Shown here: piece after piece, positions 63,353 to 64,000 of the stretch | Layout: each line of letters starts with the position of its first letter | Numbering within the stretch: the stretch's first letter is position 1 | Origin: a virus | Lineage: Duplodnaviria > Caudoviricetes | IMG/VR virus record: IMGVR_UViG_2706795985_000001 | Location: 26,553 to 90,552 of that record | DNA: 64,000 nt | Strand: one strand, 5' to 3' | Notes under the pieces: generated by a model | Seen by the model: only the letters and a program-made list of their open reading frames with translations | The model's database searches: none | Told to the model about the DNA's origin: nothing | Translations under genes and position numbers: made by a program

Positions 63353-64000
63353 AATATAGCCCTTTTCGTCGCTAAACCCCTTCCTTGCGTGTGCCACAGG
63401 GTGTGGTGCTAAGCAAAACAATCTCACTTTCCCTAAAATGTCAAGCATTTTCTTCAAATATCTTTCTATGGCGAACGAAGTTCTCATAGTAACAACCCAT
63501 CACCCATAGTACCCACCTTGGCACGAATCTAGCCTAGCAAATAACATGCCAGAAATATCTCACAGGGTAGACCCCCCCCATAGGCCATGCCTATGCATGT
63601 ACATCACATCATAGTGTATGGCTATATACATATACTATCGATAACACACATACAAGTAGGCTACACCATCAACGATGTTGATAGTAGTATACACACTCAC
63701 ACATGATACACACACACATGAGTCACATTGTCAAGGGTCTTGCACAGTTAGGGCGAGGGCATCTCAATAGGAAACACTCTCAAGTGGTAGTCATTCTCAG
63801 GTGTGTCTCACTCTCACACGATACGTGTGTATGCATATCCTTTGAGTGTTGTCAATTGTCAACGATAAACGGCGACTACCATGTACTACCCTCAGAGTCA
63901 AGCCTATAGAGAGCCTATAGAGAGAGTCTATTTGAGAGGGTGTTTCGATAGATTATTTTCATTTTACGGGGGGCTGGCCCGAGGCGGCTGTGTTGTTGTT

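Noticed and set aside
1-64000. tRNA, tmRNA, rRNA, integrase or repressor genes
   Set aside because: None recognised by eye; a tRNAscan-SE/ARAGORN run would be needed to exclude them formally.

Overview
A 64-kb segment of a lytic, contractile-tailed dsDNA phage. Gene order and recognisable proteins point to a Pseudomonas myovirus of the PAK_P1/KPP10/Otagovirus-like group; this is inferred, not searched. The order is: end of the major capsid gene; neck, tail, baseplate and two fibres; a lysis cassette with two spanin pairs; a minus-strand RNA ligase; small genes; primase-helicase and family A polymerase (each with an intein); SSB and nucleases; thyX, nrdB (intron), nrdA, an adenine methyltransferase, glutaredoxin and MazG; a sigma70-promoter-rich early region; and about 1 kb of non-coding, repeat-bearing sequence. 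Main highlights: (1) an unknown helical-protein gene followed by a ~335-nt structured RNA with AAAG repeats in its own promoter-terminator unit; (2) a second ~250-nt structured RNA next to the RNA ligase; (3) two group I (IA2) introns lacking an intact ORF, one three codons before the tail-sheath stop, each near a free-standing endonuclease; (4) peptides under 60 aa missed by the ORF track (ArfA-like, antitoxin-like and two paralogous pairs). Several single-base frameshifts and poly-G/poly-A runs suggest consensus errors, so apparent pseudogenes need checking against reads.
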